DNA from: Trichoplax sp. H2
Taxonomy: Eukaryota
Reading direction: 5' to 3'
Assembly: GCA_003344405.1 (NCBI GenBank)
Contig: NOWV01000193.1
Span: forward strand, 62,001-126,000
Length of the DNA: 64,000 nucleotides
Shown: positions 15,177 through 28,482 of the stretch, in pieces
How the letters are laid out: each line of letters opens with the position of its first letter
How positions within the stretch are numbered: the first letter of the stretch is position 1
Program-made: the position numbers and the translations under genes
The notes under the pieces: generated by a model
Told to the model about the DNA's origin: nothing
The model's database searches: none
Seen by the model: only the letters and a program-made list of their open reading frames with translations

Positions 15177-15439
15177 GTACTATACAGTGTGAACCAGTTC
15201 GAATCAGAGTACTTTAAGGTATCCTAAAATCACGAGTGTGATTCAAAATGTAATAAGAATTATACGAATATAAAGCTGAATAATAACCTCATTTTAATCA
15301 ATTAAATTAAAAAGCCAAGTTATTCAGCTTTATATTCGTATAATTCTTATTACATTTTGATTCACACTCGTGATTTTAGGGTACCTTAAAGTACAGTACA
15401 CCCGTACTCTGATTCGAACTGCTTCACACTGTACAGTAC
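15177..15439. mobile_element. Foldback/MITE-like palindromic element
   Basis: 75-bp inverted arms 15209-15283 and 15320-15394 (2 mismatches, 36-nt loop), plus outer ~36-bp arms 15177-15212 and 15404-15439. Core TTAA-GGTA...TACC-TTAA. Absent from the second copy of the duplication. Confidence 0.7.
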
Positions 15440-15788
15440 TGTACACACTGTACGCATTAGAGACTTACAGTACAGTACTGTACAGTACTGTACTGTACTG
15501 ATGAGATAAAGTCATGACCCCGTGACCTTTTGCCTTCATAGTACTGTACTGTACAGTATACCGTACATTGTACAGTACAAACATACAGTACTGTACCATT
15601 GACAACTACGTACTGTATAGTACAGTACAGTATCATTAATTTGCGCGTGAGATTGCTGAGTCATACAGTACTTTATGTACTCTACGCATTCCTTGCACAT
15701 TGCAGGTCACTCCAGTGTACACTACGGTAGAGCGTAAATTACTCTTTTAAGGTTCATGGCTTAAGCCATACAGTACAGAAGGCAAGTA

Positions 15789-15808
15789 NNNNNNNNNNNN
15801 NNNNNNNN
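15789..15808. other. Assembly gap (20 N)
   Basis: Run of N bases. Confidence 1.
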
Positions 15809-18184
15809 TACATGATTGCATCTAATTGCATCATGTCTACCTATTTCTACATTGTACAATGTACAGTACACTAAAGTGATACAACAGTAAAATATCTGCG
15901 TTGACTCTCGATTCTCATCAGCACAGTAACTTTATGTTTTGAATTGACAATATCTACTCGTCTTTTCTGATAACTAGAAAGGCATCATTTTTTATGTAAC
16001 TACCACTACTGTACAGTATACTAGAGACCCTCTATTATGGTTTCTACTGTACAGTACACTAGAGACCCTCTTAGGGTTTCTACTTTCTACTGTACAGTAC
16101 AGTACTGTACGCATTAGAGACTTACAGTGTACTGTACAGTACTGTACGCATTAGAGACTTACTGTACAGTACTGTACTGATGAGATAAAGTCATGACCCC
16201 GTGACCTTTTGCCTTCGTAGTACTGTACTGTACAGTACTGTATACTGTACATTGTACAGTACAATACAGTACTGTACCACTGACAACTACTGTACGTACT
16301 GTACAGTATAGTACAGTACAGTACAGTATCATTAATTTGCGCGTGAGATTGCTGAGTCATACAGTACTTTATGTACTCTACACATTCCTTGCACATTGCA
16401 GGTCACTCCAGTGTACACTACGGTAGAGCGTAAATTACTCTTTTAAGGTCCATGGCTTAAGCCATACAGTACAGAAGGCAAGTAAGCTTTAGTAGTAGTG
16501 GAGCACTGTAGCACACCGAACTATGTATTGTGCGAGCTTACTTTTGCATATTTTGGATTTACCGATCATTCAGTCTGCCAGCGTACCTGATAGTGGAATT
16601 GCGGGCTAAAAAGTTATGCAGCTAAAGTTTTACATATACAGTACAGTTCACTGTAATCTGAGGTGTGAATAAGTTTACTGTGAACTCCATCTGAGACGGC
16701 TGACTTTATCACGCCATGTGTAGATTGTAGACTGCGCAGCATCACACCATACCATGTGGCCCACGCCACAGTTCGGCATTGTACTGTACACTGTACAGTG
16801 TACAGTGTACAGTGTACAGTTTTGCGAAGCAGGAACTGTGAACTACATGAAACACGCTAATAATACTAATGTAGTTGAGTACAGTACAGTACAGTACTCT
16901 TTGATTTATGCTACAGTCCAAACTACAGTACTGTACAGTACTGTACAAGGGGACTGACTGCATTGTAAATGAATTCATTTTTCATTGTAAAATATAGAGA
17001 CAGGTTGCTAGATACACACGGTGCAGTGAGGCGGTGTTAGGACAAGCAAACGTGGCACAATCCTTACCGAAGCACAAACTATCCTGCGCGTCATTTAACC
17101 GCATTTTTCAAGAAATTGGCTTAATATTTAGGTAGATAGCAATTAATCTTCATGAATCGATGTTACAGCGAAATTGTTTTTGTACTAGTTTGATGCTTAA
17201 ATTGGATAGAAAGATTTAGAAATTAAACCATGCCTCACCAACCATACATGTACCGATCAAAAATTTAGAAAATTTTTGCATATATCACCGTTCTATAGCT
17301 CGTACGAACCTCAATACTACAGTAACTCTACTGTGTTGTACATTCCGGGTTGTGTTTTGAGCGTCTAATTAACCCAGCATTCCCATGGAACACCAGGAAA
17401 TCGAAAAATCGCCGAAAGGAGGTGTGTGAATGTACTGTGGATTTATATAGCATACAGCATACAGTACAGTATATAATTTCCGATTGAACAAGTCACTGTA
17501 CTCATTACCTATACAGTACAGGACGTACAGTACAGTACTGTAGTGTACCAGAGTGATACTGTAATTGTCATCAGTACTGAACTGTACTGTACTGTATTGA
17601 TGCAACAATTGCAATTTCGAATGTGGGATAGCGTCGTACTGTGCAGTACTGTAGTGTATATACATACATACTGTACTGTACTGTAATGTAATTGTACTGT
17701 ACAGTATGTTTGCAGCCAAATAGATACTGGACGAGAGATGCTGCAATAAAGATTGCTGTACAGTATGTTTATGGGATTAATTAAGAATCATTTATTCGTC
17801 TAATATGCTTTGTAAAACCTGATGATCATCTCGTAATGGTCAATTCGATAGACACGTACAGTAAAAGTACAGCCGTTCAATATCATCGATATTTTCAGGA
17901 CTTGACATCGGTGTACGGACGATCAGGAAGGCTAATTTAGGTTTTAATATCGATTTTGCATCATGAAATATGTACGGATAGCTGCAGGACTATGAGCTAG
18001 TTTATGAGATCGTATCAATATCCAATCGATATGACTGGATATTGAACGAGGCATCATTAGATTACATCAAGAATTACATACGTACTTTGTATATGTAAAG
18101 TATACTATTGTGATGCATGGTATATCATAGTCAGATGCGTGCTTAGATAAGGCTGTCTTGAAACTTGTTGCAGTACTATCTGAT

Positions 18185-20008
18185 ATGGACAGGATATCCG
18201 TCAATAGCTATGATGCTGCCGTTGATACCCATCGAATTCGCTGGAATAAACCTCAAGATACTGAGGGTTAGCAACGAAAATTCTTCCCATAGATACCAGG
18301 CTAAATCGATTGTCTCCATCTCTACTATCGGATCAAACACAGAAGTAATGTATTGTTTGTAATTATTTTTACTGCCTAGGTACTCCAGAAGTAGCACCAT
18401 GTGGACTGTCACAAAAGACTTTCAAAATGCTGTCAGGACTTGTGATTGTAATTGCAATTGCCGTCTCCTGGGTTGGCTCCACTCAATTTGCACAGAGCAC
18501 CTATAGCGCAACATTTTTTGCACCGTATTTCACAACCTGGTATATTTGTGCTATTTCAAATAACATTCGAACATTGCTTTAGTTTTATCTCTTTCTTAAA
18601 GTGTGCAACTTCTTAGCACATTGATTTTGCAACGTCACCGCCTTTTAAAACTAAATTTAAGTAATTTAATGTTAATCGCTTTGATAGGTTTTCTACCTGC
18701 TGGATTATTGTATGTTACCCGACCATGTTACTTGTTGGTAAGCTGAAGGGCAGGTCATTTACTGAAATGTACAGGTATAGTGATATTAACAATTCATTTT
18801 AGGTGATATTTTAAATATAAATATCATGTTAATACTAATAGTTAGTGGACATTGCCTAATGGAATGCTGATAATCCAATACTGTAGGGAGAGCGAAACTA
18901 TCTACGGCCCGCGTGGGTTATGCTTGATGAACATACTCAAAATTGCTCTTCCATTCTGTATTTGCTGGATAGTAGCCAATTTCCTGTACATTTACGCTTT
19001 GGGATTAATTCAGCCATCCGACGTAACAGCAATCTTCTCGTCGACGTCAGCTTTTGTATATGTTTTTTCCTTAATCTGGTTAAAGGAATCATTTATGATA
19101 TTTAGGGTAGGCTTCCGTAATTTTTAATGCAAATACAATTTGGACGTTGCAGTCCTCTTTGCGAATTTCTGTGAAGAATATTGATCGACAATTCCGTAAT
19201 TTTTTAAAATTAACCTGAATTGTCTTGCAGGCGATGGCTACCGCAATATCAATTGTTGGAATAGTTCTCTTTGCCTACTCAGACGGCTTTGGTCGCTTTC
19301 AATTAGTTGGGGTATTCTTGACTGTTGGGGGTTCGATTGCGGCATCTCTGTATAAGGTAACTACAATGCTAAAGTGAAATAATGCATATTCTAATGCAAC
19401 TACGCTGATTATTATTCATGCTAAAATAAATTAATTATTTCACGTAGGTATGGTTAAAACGAGTTGTTGGAAACGCTTCTTTTAACCAGATAGGTTTTTT
19501 CCTGTCTGTATTAGGACTTTTGAATCTTCTCCTGTTTTGGCCAATTATTTTAATTTTGTATTATACAAACGCTGAGACAATTGATTGGAATAATCTTCCA
19601 ATAACTTTCTTATGTGGTTCAGCAGTTTTGGGTGTAGCGTTTAATTTCCTTGTAAACTTTGGTATCGCCTTCACATTTCCGCTGTTTATTTCGCTTGGAA
19701 CTGTAATTGGTATTCCAATAAATGCGTTAGTTGACACGATATTTCGCCAGAAAAGCTTTGGTGCTATTAAGATTGGTGGTAGCGCTTGCATTATTATCGG
19801 GTTCTTGGTAATGCTAATCGGGGATGAGAAATCCCGACAAATATCTGATAATATTATGAGCATTTTATGCTGTGGAAGATCAGTTCAATTTTGCCATAGA
19901 TCTACTGATAATGTTAAAGAAGATGAGTTAGAGAGTGACCCTAAAGATATTCCTTCAGTAGCAGATATGAATAGTCACAATAAAATTGAAAATGGAGTGA
20001 AAGCGTGA
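18185..20008 (+). CDS. SLC35F3/F4-like EamA/DMT-family transporter, copy B (~411 aa)
   Basis: Exons: 18185-18266 (tentative first exon), 18380-18539, 18688-18774, 18887-19106, 19231-19356, 19448-20008. All GT-AG and in frame. Motifs VSWVGSTQF, ANFLYIYAL, FVYVFSLIWLKE, FNFLVNFGIAFTFPLFISLGTVIGIPINALVD. Confidence 0.9.
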
Positions 20009-21746
20009 GCCTATTCTATGTATTGTTGACAATAAGATAATTAGACTTGAAATCTTCAATATTGGACTTATACCCTGTTACTGTTTTACTGAAGCTGCCA
20101 TACCGATATTACTGTAATATCGCAATAATGTTATCGTTATGAATGTAGAGTTTGAATAATATTATTCAATTGTTTAAATGCTATCTATTGAATCGTAAAT
20201 ATGATATCGATGAATACTTTTTTATATGAGTATTTTACATTCTAAATATCAATACTTGGCCGTATTCTTTATTTGTTTGATTGATAAATTTCGCTTATCT
20301 TCCTGTCTTTCACTTATTATTTAATATTTTATTTAATTACTTGAATATTCGAGGAGGTTATTCAGACAGCCCTGGTTGATACTCTTCAATTGTTAGTTCT
20401 ATATTTTATAAGTTATGTCAACTTAATTTAATTCTAGGACTATACTCATATTCGTAAGATTTTCGAATAAAGTTTGAAGATAGGTTTAGCATCGTCACGC
20501 TATTTAACTATGTTGTTGATCTATTAGAAAAACAGATTCATGATACAGTACCATATGTATCAATTTTACCTTACTACTAAAGTACCGGCCAACTTCGATA
20601 TGATGAGGATATGTTGCTGCCTGCTTACATGTCCAGGAAGAAATAGTAATAAGGACACAAACATGATGTTCTGTTACATTATTCCCGTGGAATCGTCCAC
20701 TATGCAATAACATTTAAAAATATAATTGCAAGTATTGATTACTACTCTAGGATTTTAAATGCAAGTATTTGCTTAACTTGACAGTGTGCATGTCGGCCAT
20801 AGGTTGGAAATGAAATTATAACTCAGATGCAAAAATATACCGTTCATGGTTAAAATTTTCAATCCTACGTGTACGTTTAGGTATTTCACAGGACATACAT
20901 GTAGGTATTAAGTAGATGGCACAAAATATCTGAGTCTTCGAGATCAGGCTATAATTTTTAGCATTTTCATAATAACTTTTGATATCCTTCGCAAATTAAA
21001 CACCGTCGGCATTCCAAGTTTAAAGGAGGCTCAGCTTGGTATTTCTTAATATATTTCGAATTATAAATTTCTATCAGGGATGACGACAATTCCATGATGA
21101 TACTAAAGCTTTTGAAATGGTAGTTTAGAATCACGTTAATTTATATCGAATTGACGTGAATGTATGTTTCACAAAGTGTTGCAAGGTTCTGCGTTAGGAA
21201 AAGATAAATCTGAAAAATTGTTTTACTTTTTGTTTACAGATAATGAAAAGCATTAAAAACTAAACGTCATCTGCTATTAATTTGAGCATATTTTATTATT
21301 AAGTAATTGTAAATGTAGATTTTATCCATTAAGCGTAGTATATCATCACAAATAAATAATACAAGGTTAAACTACTTAAAAATAGCGATTAAATTCTATT
21401 AAATCAACGTAGGAACAGGAATTACGGTGAAAAGAACTAATTTAGTAATATGCCACAATGATAAATTAAGATATTGATTAAAACACTATGGTTTACCGAC
21501 TTTGTTCTTTTCCATTTACTTTGACATTTATCGTGGATTCCGCCGCATAAGAAATAGAAAGTCGCGTATTGACAGTTTCTGTAGCAAGTAATAAACGTAC
21601 GGTTAAAACTTTAGAATGCATTTTCTTAATATTATAACTTGTGAAATTATCTTTTTGTTGACTATCTAGACATATATATGGCTGTTGGAGATTTATTAAT
21701 TTTTCTGATTATCTAGTTTAGTATATTTTGATGTAACCGTATTTAC

Positions 21747-22863
21747 CTTCAACATGGATCGTGTCCTCATCGCCATTTATAAAACTACAAGGGCAATAAC
21801 CTTGATCTGTTAGACTCTAGTAATCATAACAAAATATTACGATCGAATTTGCAATTACGTTATGTTATACTTGTGCAGTGATAATGCTGTTGTGCCTTTC
21901 CATTTTTTTTTTATATTACTTACCTTTGCTGGTTGACAGCAGCAGTAAACTGCCAAAATGATTAACGTTACTCCGCTGACAACAATTTCTAATGCTCCAG
22001 CAGCGAAAACAGCGTAAGAATACCAGGTAATAAATCTTCTATTGCTTTCCTGTCTGGATGATTATAAATGCTGCCACCGGAATGAAACTAACGAAGAAGC
22101 TTAGCAAGGTAAAGACAAAGTACCCTCGCAGCTATAAGGAAAGGTTTTAGATTTTAAGACTTAATTGTCCACAGTATTTTAACTTCTTAGACATTTAAGG
22201 AACATCTCAAGAAGCAAATCCTTTGATATAAAAAAAATTCACGATAGTATTCATTAAAAATGAAAGCTTCCTAAGTTGGATTTCATTACCAAATTAATCG
22301 TAGCCCGGTTTCGATTCAAGAAGCAACCAAAAGTACCAGCGAATGCATACTAAAATAGAATATCTATCATTAGTACTGTACGACTACTTATTGATCAATT
22401 TTTAATAAGATATGAGCTATCTTTTGTCGTATCTTAATCGGTATTGGATAAGTATACTAAAAAACTTCCAATTTTATCACACACATTTTAGCTACTATTA
22501 CGGTTTATTAGGATAAAAGCTTAATCATGAAAGCACTAGAATCACGAAATTAGTTAAAATATCCAATAATGCTAACTAACTATAATCGGATTATGTTTTA
22601 CTAACAAAAACGCCAATTCAAAATCCCACTCCAGAAGTAAAAGTAAGGTTGTAATGAATGTAGCGCTCGTTAAGACTGAAACCGACCATGGCTGTTATGG
22701 CAAAGCCAGCTAATAATTGATATAAACTGAGGATAAAGTATAAGGTGTGTAATATCGGTGGAAATGCTTGTAGTTGAGGTTCAAATTCATAAGTATCGAC
22801 AAGGCATTCGTTATTTTCTTTCGAATCTTGGCTTTCAGTCACGGCTAGAACCAATTCTCTCAT
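21747..22863 (-). pseudogene. CD20/MS4A-like tetraspan pseudogene
   Basis: Exons (minus): 22606-22863, 22290-22349, 21924-22131, 21747-21816, homologous in phase and sequence to the three intact paralogs. TGA at 22618-22620 falls at the Trp of GV.(I/F)W.G. Exon 3 is 208 nt (frameshift). Possible fifth exon from 21578. Confidence 0.75.
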
Positions 22864-24682
22864 TTTTTGTTGTTGTGGATGCCGTCATTGATGTAGAACA
22901 GAGTTAATAAAAATTAGTTATTCATAATATCCTGTTATATAGTCATGATACGCCTCATCTATTTCTCACTATTACTATATAATACCTTACTATATTGTCG
23001 ATCCATATATAACCTCAATAAGGGACCGTTATGATCAATATGCATTTGCTTCTATATATTATAAAATATCATTGTTTCGATGTTTCAATAACATTTATAT
23101 TTCGAACTAATGATTATATTTGATACTAGCTTCGTTCTAATTTTGGAGATTCTGAGTCAAGACAATGCTATAAAGCACTATTATTAAAAAGTATTATTGC
23201 AATAAAGATACAATTGAAATTGCTATTGTCAACGTAACATTAGATAGACCTTTGCTTCTAGCTTAAGTTTTAAATTATTCATGATCATACACAATGCAGT
23301 GTTTGAAATCCAACAGTTTGCAAAATGACCGATTTCGCATACGGTCACGTTCATATAGACAATTAAAACATCATTTACATGATGAATTATTATAATTCTA
23401 AAAATCATGCATGTACGTACAATATTTTTGGCCGAACAGTCTTTGAAGCTAGAATAAATATGGCAAGAGATTTATATAAAGAGAGAAATTTAATATTTAG
23501 CTTTGAAGGAGTTGTACTACGGCCCTTTTATTACTTTGAATGAATCTTTGATTTCGTTCTAGTCTTCTGTTAATAAACTTTCAATATCCAAAATGGAAGA
23601 GTAATGCCAGAATTTGATCCATAGAAATAATGTACGATCCCCGAGCTGAAAACCCGTAAATAAAGTATTAAGAATCAATTAAACATTCAAGTAAAAGTTC
23701 ATATTGATGCATCTGTTTTTAAAGTATCACATATCCACTAGGTAATCAACAGATTTATCTAGTCTAAGGTTTTAAATTAGAATTCTCAATAATCGATAAG
23801 AAGGAAATAACTCATTTTATTAATATATAGCTAAATCAATTATTAGTAAAATCAATATAAGAAGCAACATGTAATCTCTAAAGTATCAAAATTCTTCATT
23901 GTTATAAACTATTACAACAAAATTAAAATCGTAACGTAAACATACATAGTAAGTTAGAAATCTCAGTAAAATGATCTGAAATAGCAATAAGTACTTACAA
24001 AATTGAAATCATCGCTTCAGTTGCAGTTTACTATGCAGTTGCTTTTTAAAGTGATTTTTTTGTCTTGCCTTGAAAAGTAATTGTCTATGTTAAGCAATTT
24101 AAGCTTGAAAGTGAAGTATGCTATCTTTTATTACTACAAATATATGATTGTTTCAGCCGTAAATAAACTGGAATAAGGTGAATAAATACGATTTGACAGT
24201 ATACAGAAAGATGATAAATCAGTGATACTAAAGATATATCATAGTTATTCCAATTACATATGAAGATTCGAAAAAGTTTGCTTTAATTAAAAATATATAA
24301 ATTTACTGTTACTAAGTTAAACTTCTCTAATTTGTGTTAAATTTATTATTTTAATCGTAAATAAACTCTTATTTTTAGTCATAACAACAGCTTTAACTAA
24401 TAAAAGCCTGAACTTATAAGAATAAATCTCCCTTTACGACGGTCAAATTAGCTATATGCATGTGGAAAATTTTATTTTTTTCGAAATTAAATAGCAATTC
24501 TCCTAATTTTAATTCTCCTTTAAGTTTATTTTAGTAAAACAATACCCTACTGTTATACTCGTATTCCTACTAGTATCTTCTACTCTTTTTTAAATTTTGC
24601 TCTATTGTATAATAGGTCAGTAGATACAACTTCATTTATCCTAACATAGCGAAAGTTTCATGGCTAAACTAGTATTAACTAC

Positions 24683-25168
24683 TATGATGGAGGGTTCAAT
24701 ATCTCAGAGGATTGAGATTTAGTCGCCATTTACAATTATTACAACAAAGGGTTCATAAAAGTAATGCTTTATTGTAGGTTAGTAATGTGAAGTACATTGA
24801 GGTAGTTACGGTAGATCAGCGTGCAAGCTGTCGTGAGTAACGAGTAGAAGTATTAGACTGTGAGAGACTAACTAGAAGACTAACTGAGAGGCTAACGAAC
24901 TCTGAGGTAGAAATCGCCGGTATTTATAGTTTTAAAGATAGAGCACATGTAGAGAATAGGATTGTGGAATTAGATACAACATATATCATAACAGGTTACA
25001 AAATAGCAGATGATTGTAGAAAACAGCGAGTACCGTAATAACTAAATACAGTAGTCTATATATGAATGTAGAGTAAGCGGACTGTAGATCTGTCTAAATA
25101 TAAGAGCAATACAACATGTCTATATTTAAGAGTAGAACATAGTTGCAGTATATTCTAAATACACTACA
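24683..25168 (-). mobile_element. Solo-LTR-like element (486 bp), TSD ACTAC
   Basis: Minus strand begins TGTAGTG and ends CATCATA. Flanked by ACTAC at 24678-24682 and 25169-25173. Minus-strand TATAAATA followed by AATAAA. Confidence 0.6.
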
Positions 25169-27036
25169 ACTACTATTAATAACATAAATTTATATGAAAT
25201 CTTTCAAATCATTCCATTAATTTTCTACATTTTATTTAGCATCAATGTGTTATTGAGTAACATTATTGCCCTTTCTATCTCTAACAGGGAAATGTTAGAT
25301 TCTGTCAACGTTGTTCAATCATAACTACTTGAGCGGCATCTATCATAAATAAGCCTCTTACAGTGAGATTTCAATTAAAAGGTTTGAAATAGAATATAAT
25401 GCAGGTGATATCATTCACACCGACAAATTATGAAAACAATTCATAAATTGAATTGCAGGCATTTCATTAATTCTTCAATAATATAATTATAATTAAGCGA
25501 AGAGAGCCTTATGATCCTCATAGTAGTTTACTCTGTAAGACATTACCGAGGGTTTCGTTTGTTGGATGATTTTAGTTGTAATACTTTACCATAGTGTTTC
25601 GATGGTCTAAGACATAGTATTCCCTTCGTTATAAGTATTGCTTTATTTGACATTTACCAATGATATTTTGTGGGAAGAATATGAAATACAGTATACAAAT
25701 GTCGATAAACTCTAGATTACGTTAATTTGGTTCCAAGCAACAAATTCTAGTACGAAAAATTTTAAATACCATAGAAGACGATAGAATGATTTGCGGTGCC
25801 TACATTGGTATTTAAAACTGCAGGATACACTATTCATATATTTACACTTAAGAAGGTTCTTTTTCAGCAACATACTTTATTAATGCGGATTAATTAATAA
25901 AACTCTGTGTTCGATTTAGCCATTGGATATTAAATTTGGAACCTCAGTCTATAACTAGAATTAGTAGCATGAAAAATTTTCTGATGTTAGAGCATTAGAG
26001 ATTGAATATGTTATCGCCACATCGCTGTTCCTAAATAGTTGAACATTAATTAGAGTGACGTTGGAAAGCGGAAAATTGTACAGTAAATGCTAAATATGAG
26101 AAATCGTTAGCATCCTAATCAATTACAGCAAGCTATGATATTATATCGGAGCAATTCAGAAGATCGCGCAGGAAAGTTATTTTACATTTATAACCTATCG
26201 TGCATACATTCTTACTGGGATTATATAATCGAAATTATTGCTAGAGCAGAAGAATGTCTGAAATGCAAAAATTTACAGTCGGACCATTTTGAAATTGCAA
26301 TACAGGTAATAGTAATGATCTAACTTGATCACGTTATATAATCTTATAACAACATTAACATGAATAAATAGGCATGATATTGGCTATGGTATACACACTA
26401 GCGAACTGAGTTTGGGCTTGTGCTTTAATGAAGTATGCTTATTTCGCATTTTCTACCGTAATAGAGTTCGGTTAAAAGTAGTACAATATTTTCCGAAATA
26501 TAACTAATATCTACTAGATCTTTGCTTGTAATAGCTAAACCTATATTTTTAACAGTGCAATGAAAGGAAAGGCAATGATTCCCTTAAGCGACAGATATTA
26601 CAATGATATTTCAATTCATATATGATATGTAACATCAAGTAGGTTAATGGCAAAGCTATTCCTAGAATAAAAGCTAAATAATAGCCACACTTCACTATAT
26701 CGATTAAAGAGGTTAAGATTACTGTCAATAGCATTAAGAATTATTCTACTTCTCAATGTCAGATTTATTAAAACTAGGCTTATCTTAATATCTCAGTGTA
26801 ATTATGCATTCTATTTCAGGTGTATTTAACTGTCGGCCGTAAATTTAGTAGCCATACACTGTCTTAAATGCTAATCGCACTGAGAGTTAATACCTTTAAA
26901 TGATTAAAATTACAGTTTGCTAAAGTTTTATAGCATCTTTTGGTATTTATAACTTACGCTAACAATAATAATGATAATTGCTTATTTCCTAACCGATATA
27001 AGCTGCCAAAAAGGCTATCAACTTATAAACCTGAAT

Positions 27037-28482
27037 TTATGCAAATTGGATCATCTTTTCAACCAAGATACTTAATATTATACCGGCTGACATACCAGCA
27101 AATAGACTTAAGATACATAAATAACCTGTTGTTTCGCGATATACTTGAGATACACAAGTTGGGGCATATGAAATAATAGATGTATTAATGTGACCGGTAG
27201 AAATTCCAAGTACCATGACTAGGACAAATAAAATCCATTCCTGTCCTTCGTTGCTTAATTTATTCGGTGGTATACATGTAGCAATACCTGCTATAACGGC
27301 AAATCTTACTAATAAACCGATCCAGGCAATTCGTGTAGAATATGGTAAGGTTGTGGCTAATGGTCCACGACCTACAGTATCTGATAAACTGTAGACTAAA
27401 TAGAGAACCAGAAATGTCCAACCTCCGCCAATGAAATCTCTAGCAAGAACGAATATGGTTGGTATAATCATATAGTCTTGTGCTGTAATCAAAAATAATA
27501 AGATACAATGATTGAGTATTTGAGGTTGTCGTAGGGTAGTACAGGCATCGGATAAGAATCGGCAACACTGAAATCGATGACGCACGCTAACATCTTCGAT
27601 CTCATGCAATGCATGCATGGCTGATAGACTGCTGTAGTGGCGATAAGTTGATTGTCGAGATACACAGAAATAGACTAATACAGCAAGTAATAGAAGGCCC
27701 GAGCTAATGCCAAAATAACAGTAGCTTGCACCACGTGGATCATGACCAGCGACTTTGACTAACATTCGAATTACAGCCATGACTACCGCACCTATTCCAG
27801 AACCAAACTATTGGTTCAATGTAAATATTCAGTTAAAATTGCTTTGCATGGTAATAATTTAAACAATCGAAAATCTTATTACATCAAGTTGAATATTTAT
27901 ACTTGCCATTAATCCTTGCATAAACACTGGAGGAAAGCTATAGCTTGCTAATGCATAAGCATTGGATCGGACAATTGCGTTGGCTATTCCTGCAGTTAAT
28001 AATACTATGTAAACGGACACAATATGAATACCTGTACATGCACTACCACACAAATGAAATTGATCGATAATTGGTAAAATGATCAAGCAAATAGCTAGAA
28101 TAACAAATCCGCCAAAGAGTTTCCTTGAAAAGTTGCATGTCCTTAGAAATAGTAATGACCCTATATTACCGAGAAGTCGAGATGATAAATAGGCCATTTC
28201 CAAACCAATATCGCTCTTACTGGTATGTAGAACATCTTTTTTAAAGTAATTTGTTGCCGAGAAGAAGGCATAAGTAGGGAATGCAACTGCAATACCAATA
28301 ACTATGAATTGAATATAAGCTCCTATATTACTTTTATTTAAGGTTTCATACGGTTTCATGCTAGCCCAAGGCGAATGTTTAGCTGCAACAGGTGCTGCTG
28401 CAATATAAGTTTCGTCGATTGAGGGACGATGTCCCCTTCGAACGAAATTACCGTCTAGTAATTTTTCAACTTCAGTAGTCAT
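27037..28482 (-). CDS. Equilibrative nucleoside transporter (ENT/SLC29 family), ~448 aa, two exons
   Basis: Exons (minus): 27907-28482 and 27037-27807. ENT-like motifs: FIVIGIAVAFPTYAFFSATNYF, FPPVFMQGLM|FGSG, YSLSDTVGR, LGISTGHINT, RETTGYL..LSLFAGMSAG. Multi-pass hydrophobic profile. Confidence 0.88.

Larger units (their letters stand above)
14895..16484. repeat. Near-identical direct duplication (14895-15788 and 15809-16484) flanking an assembly gap, probably two haplotypes
   Basis: Both copies start TACATGATTGCATCTAATTG and end CAGAAGGCAAGTA. They differ by SNPs, pentamer number and the hairpin present only in copy 1. Confidence 0.9.
14620..17765. repeat. Region rich in CAGTA/TACTG pentamer arrays between the divergent SLC35F genes
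   Basis: Interrupted runs of (TACAG)n and (CTGTA)n, e.g. 14621-14652, 15465-15630, 16090-16330, 16780-16945, 17450-17705. Confidence 0.85.

Noticed and set aside
16151..17746. ORFs rich in YSTVQ/YCTVL
   Set aside because: Translations of CAGTA/TACTG pentamer arrays, not genes.
19561..19863. 100-aa antisense ORF
   Set aside because: Shadow of the last exon of SLC35F copy B.
22618..22620. In-frame TGA as selenocysteine or programmed readthrough
   Set aside because: It aligns to Trp, not Cys, and a separate frameshift in exon 3 indicates pseudogenisation.
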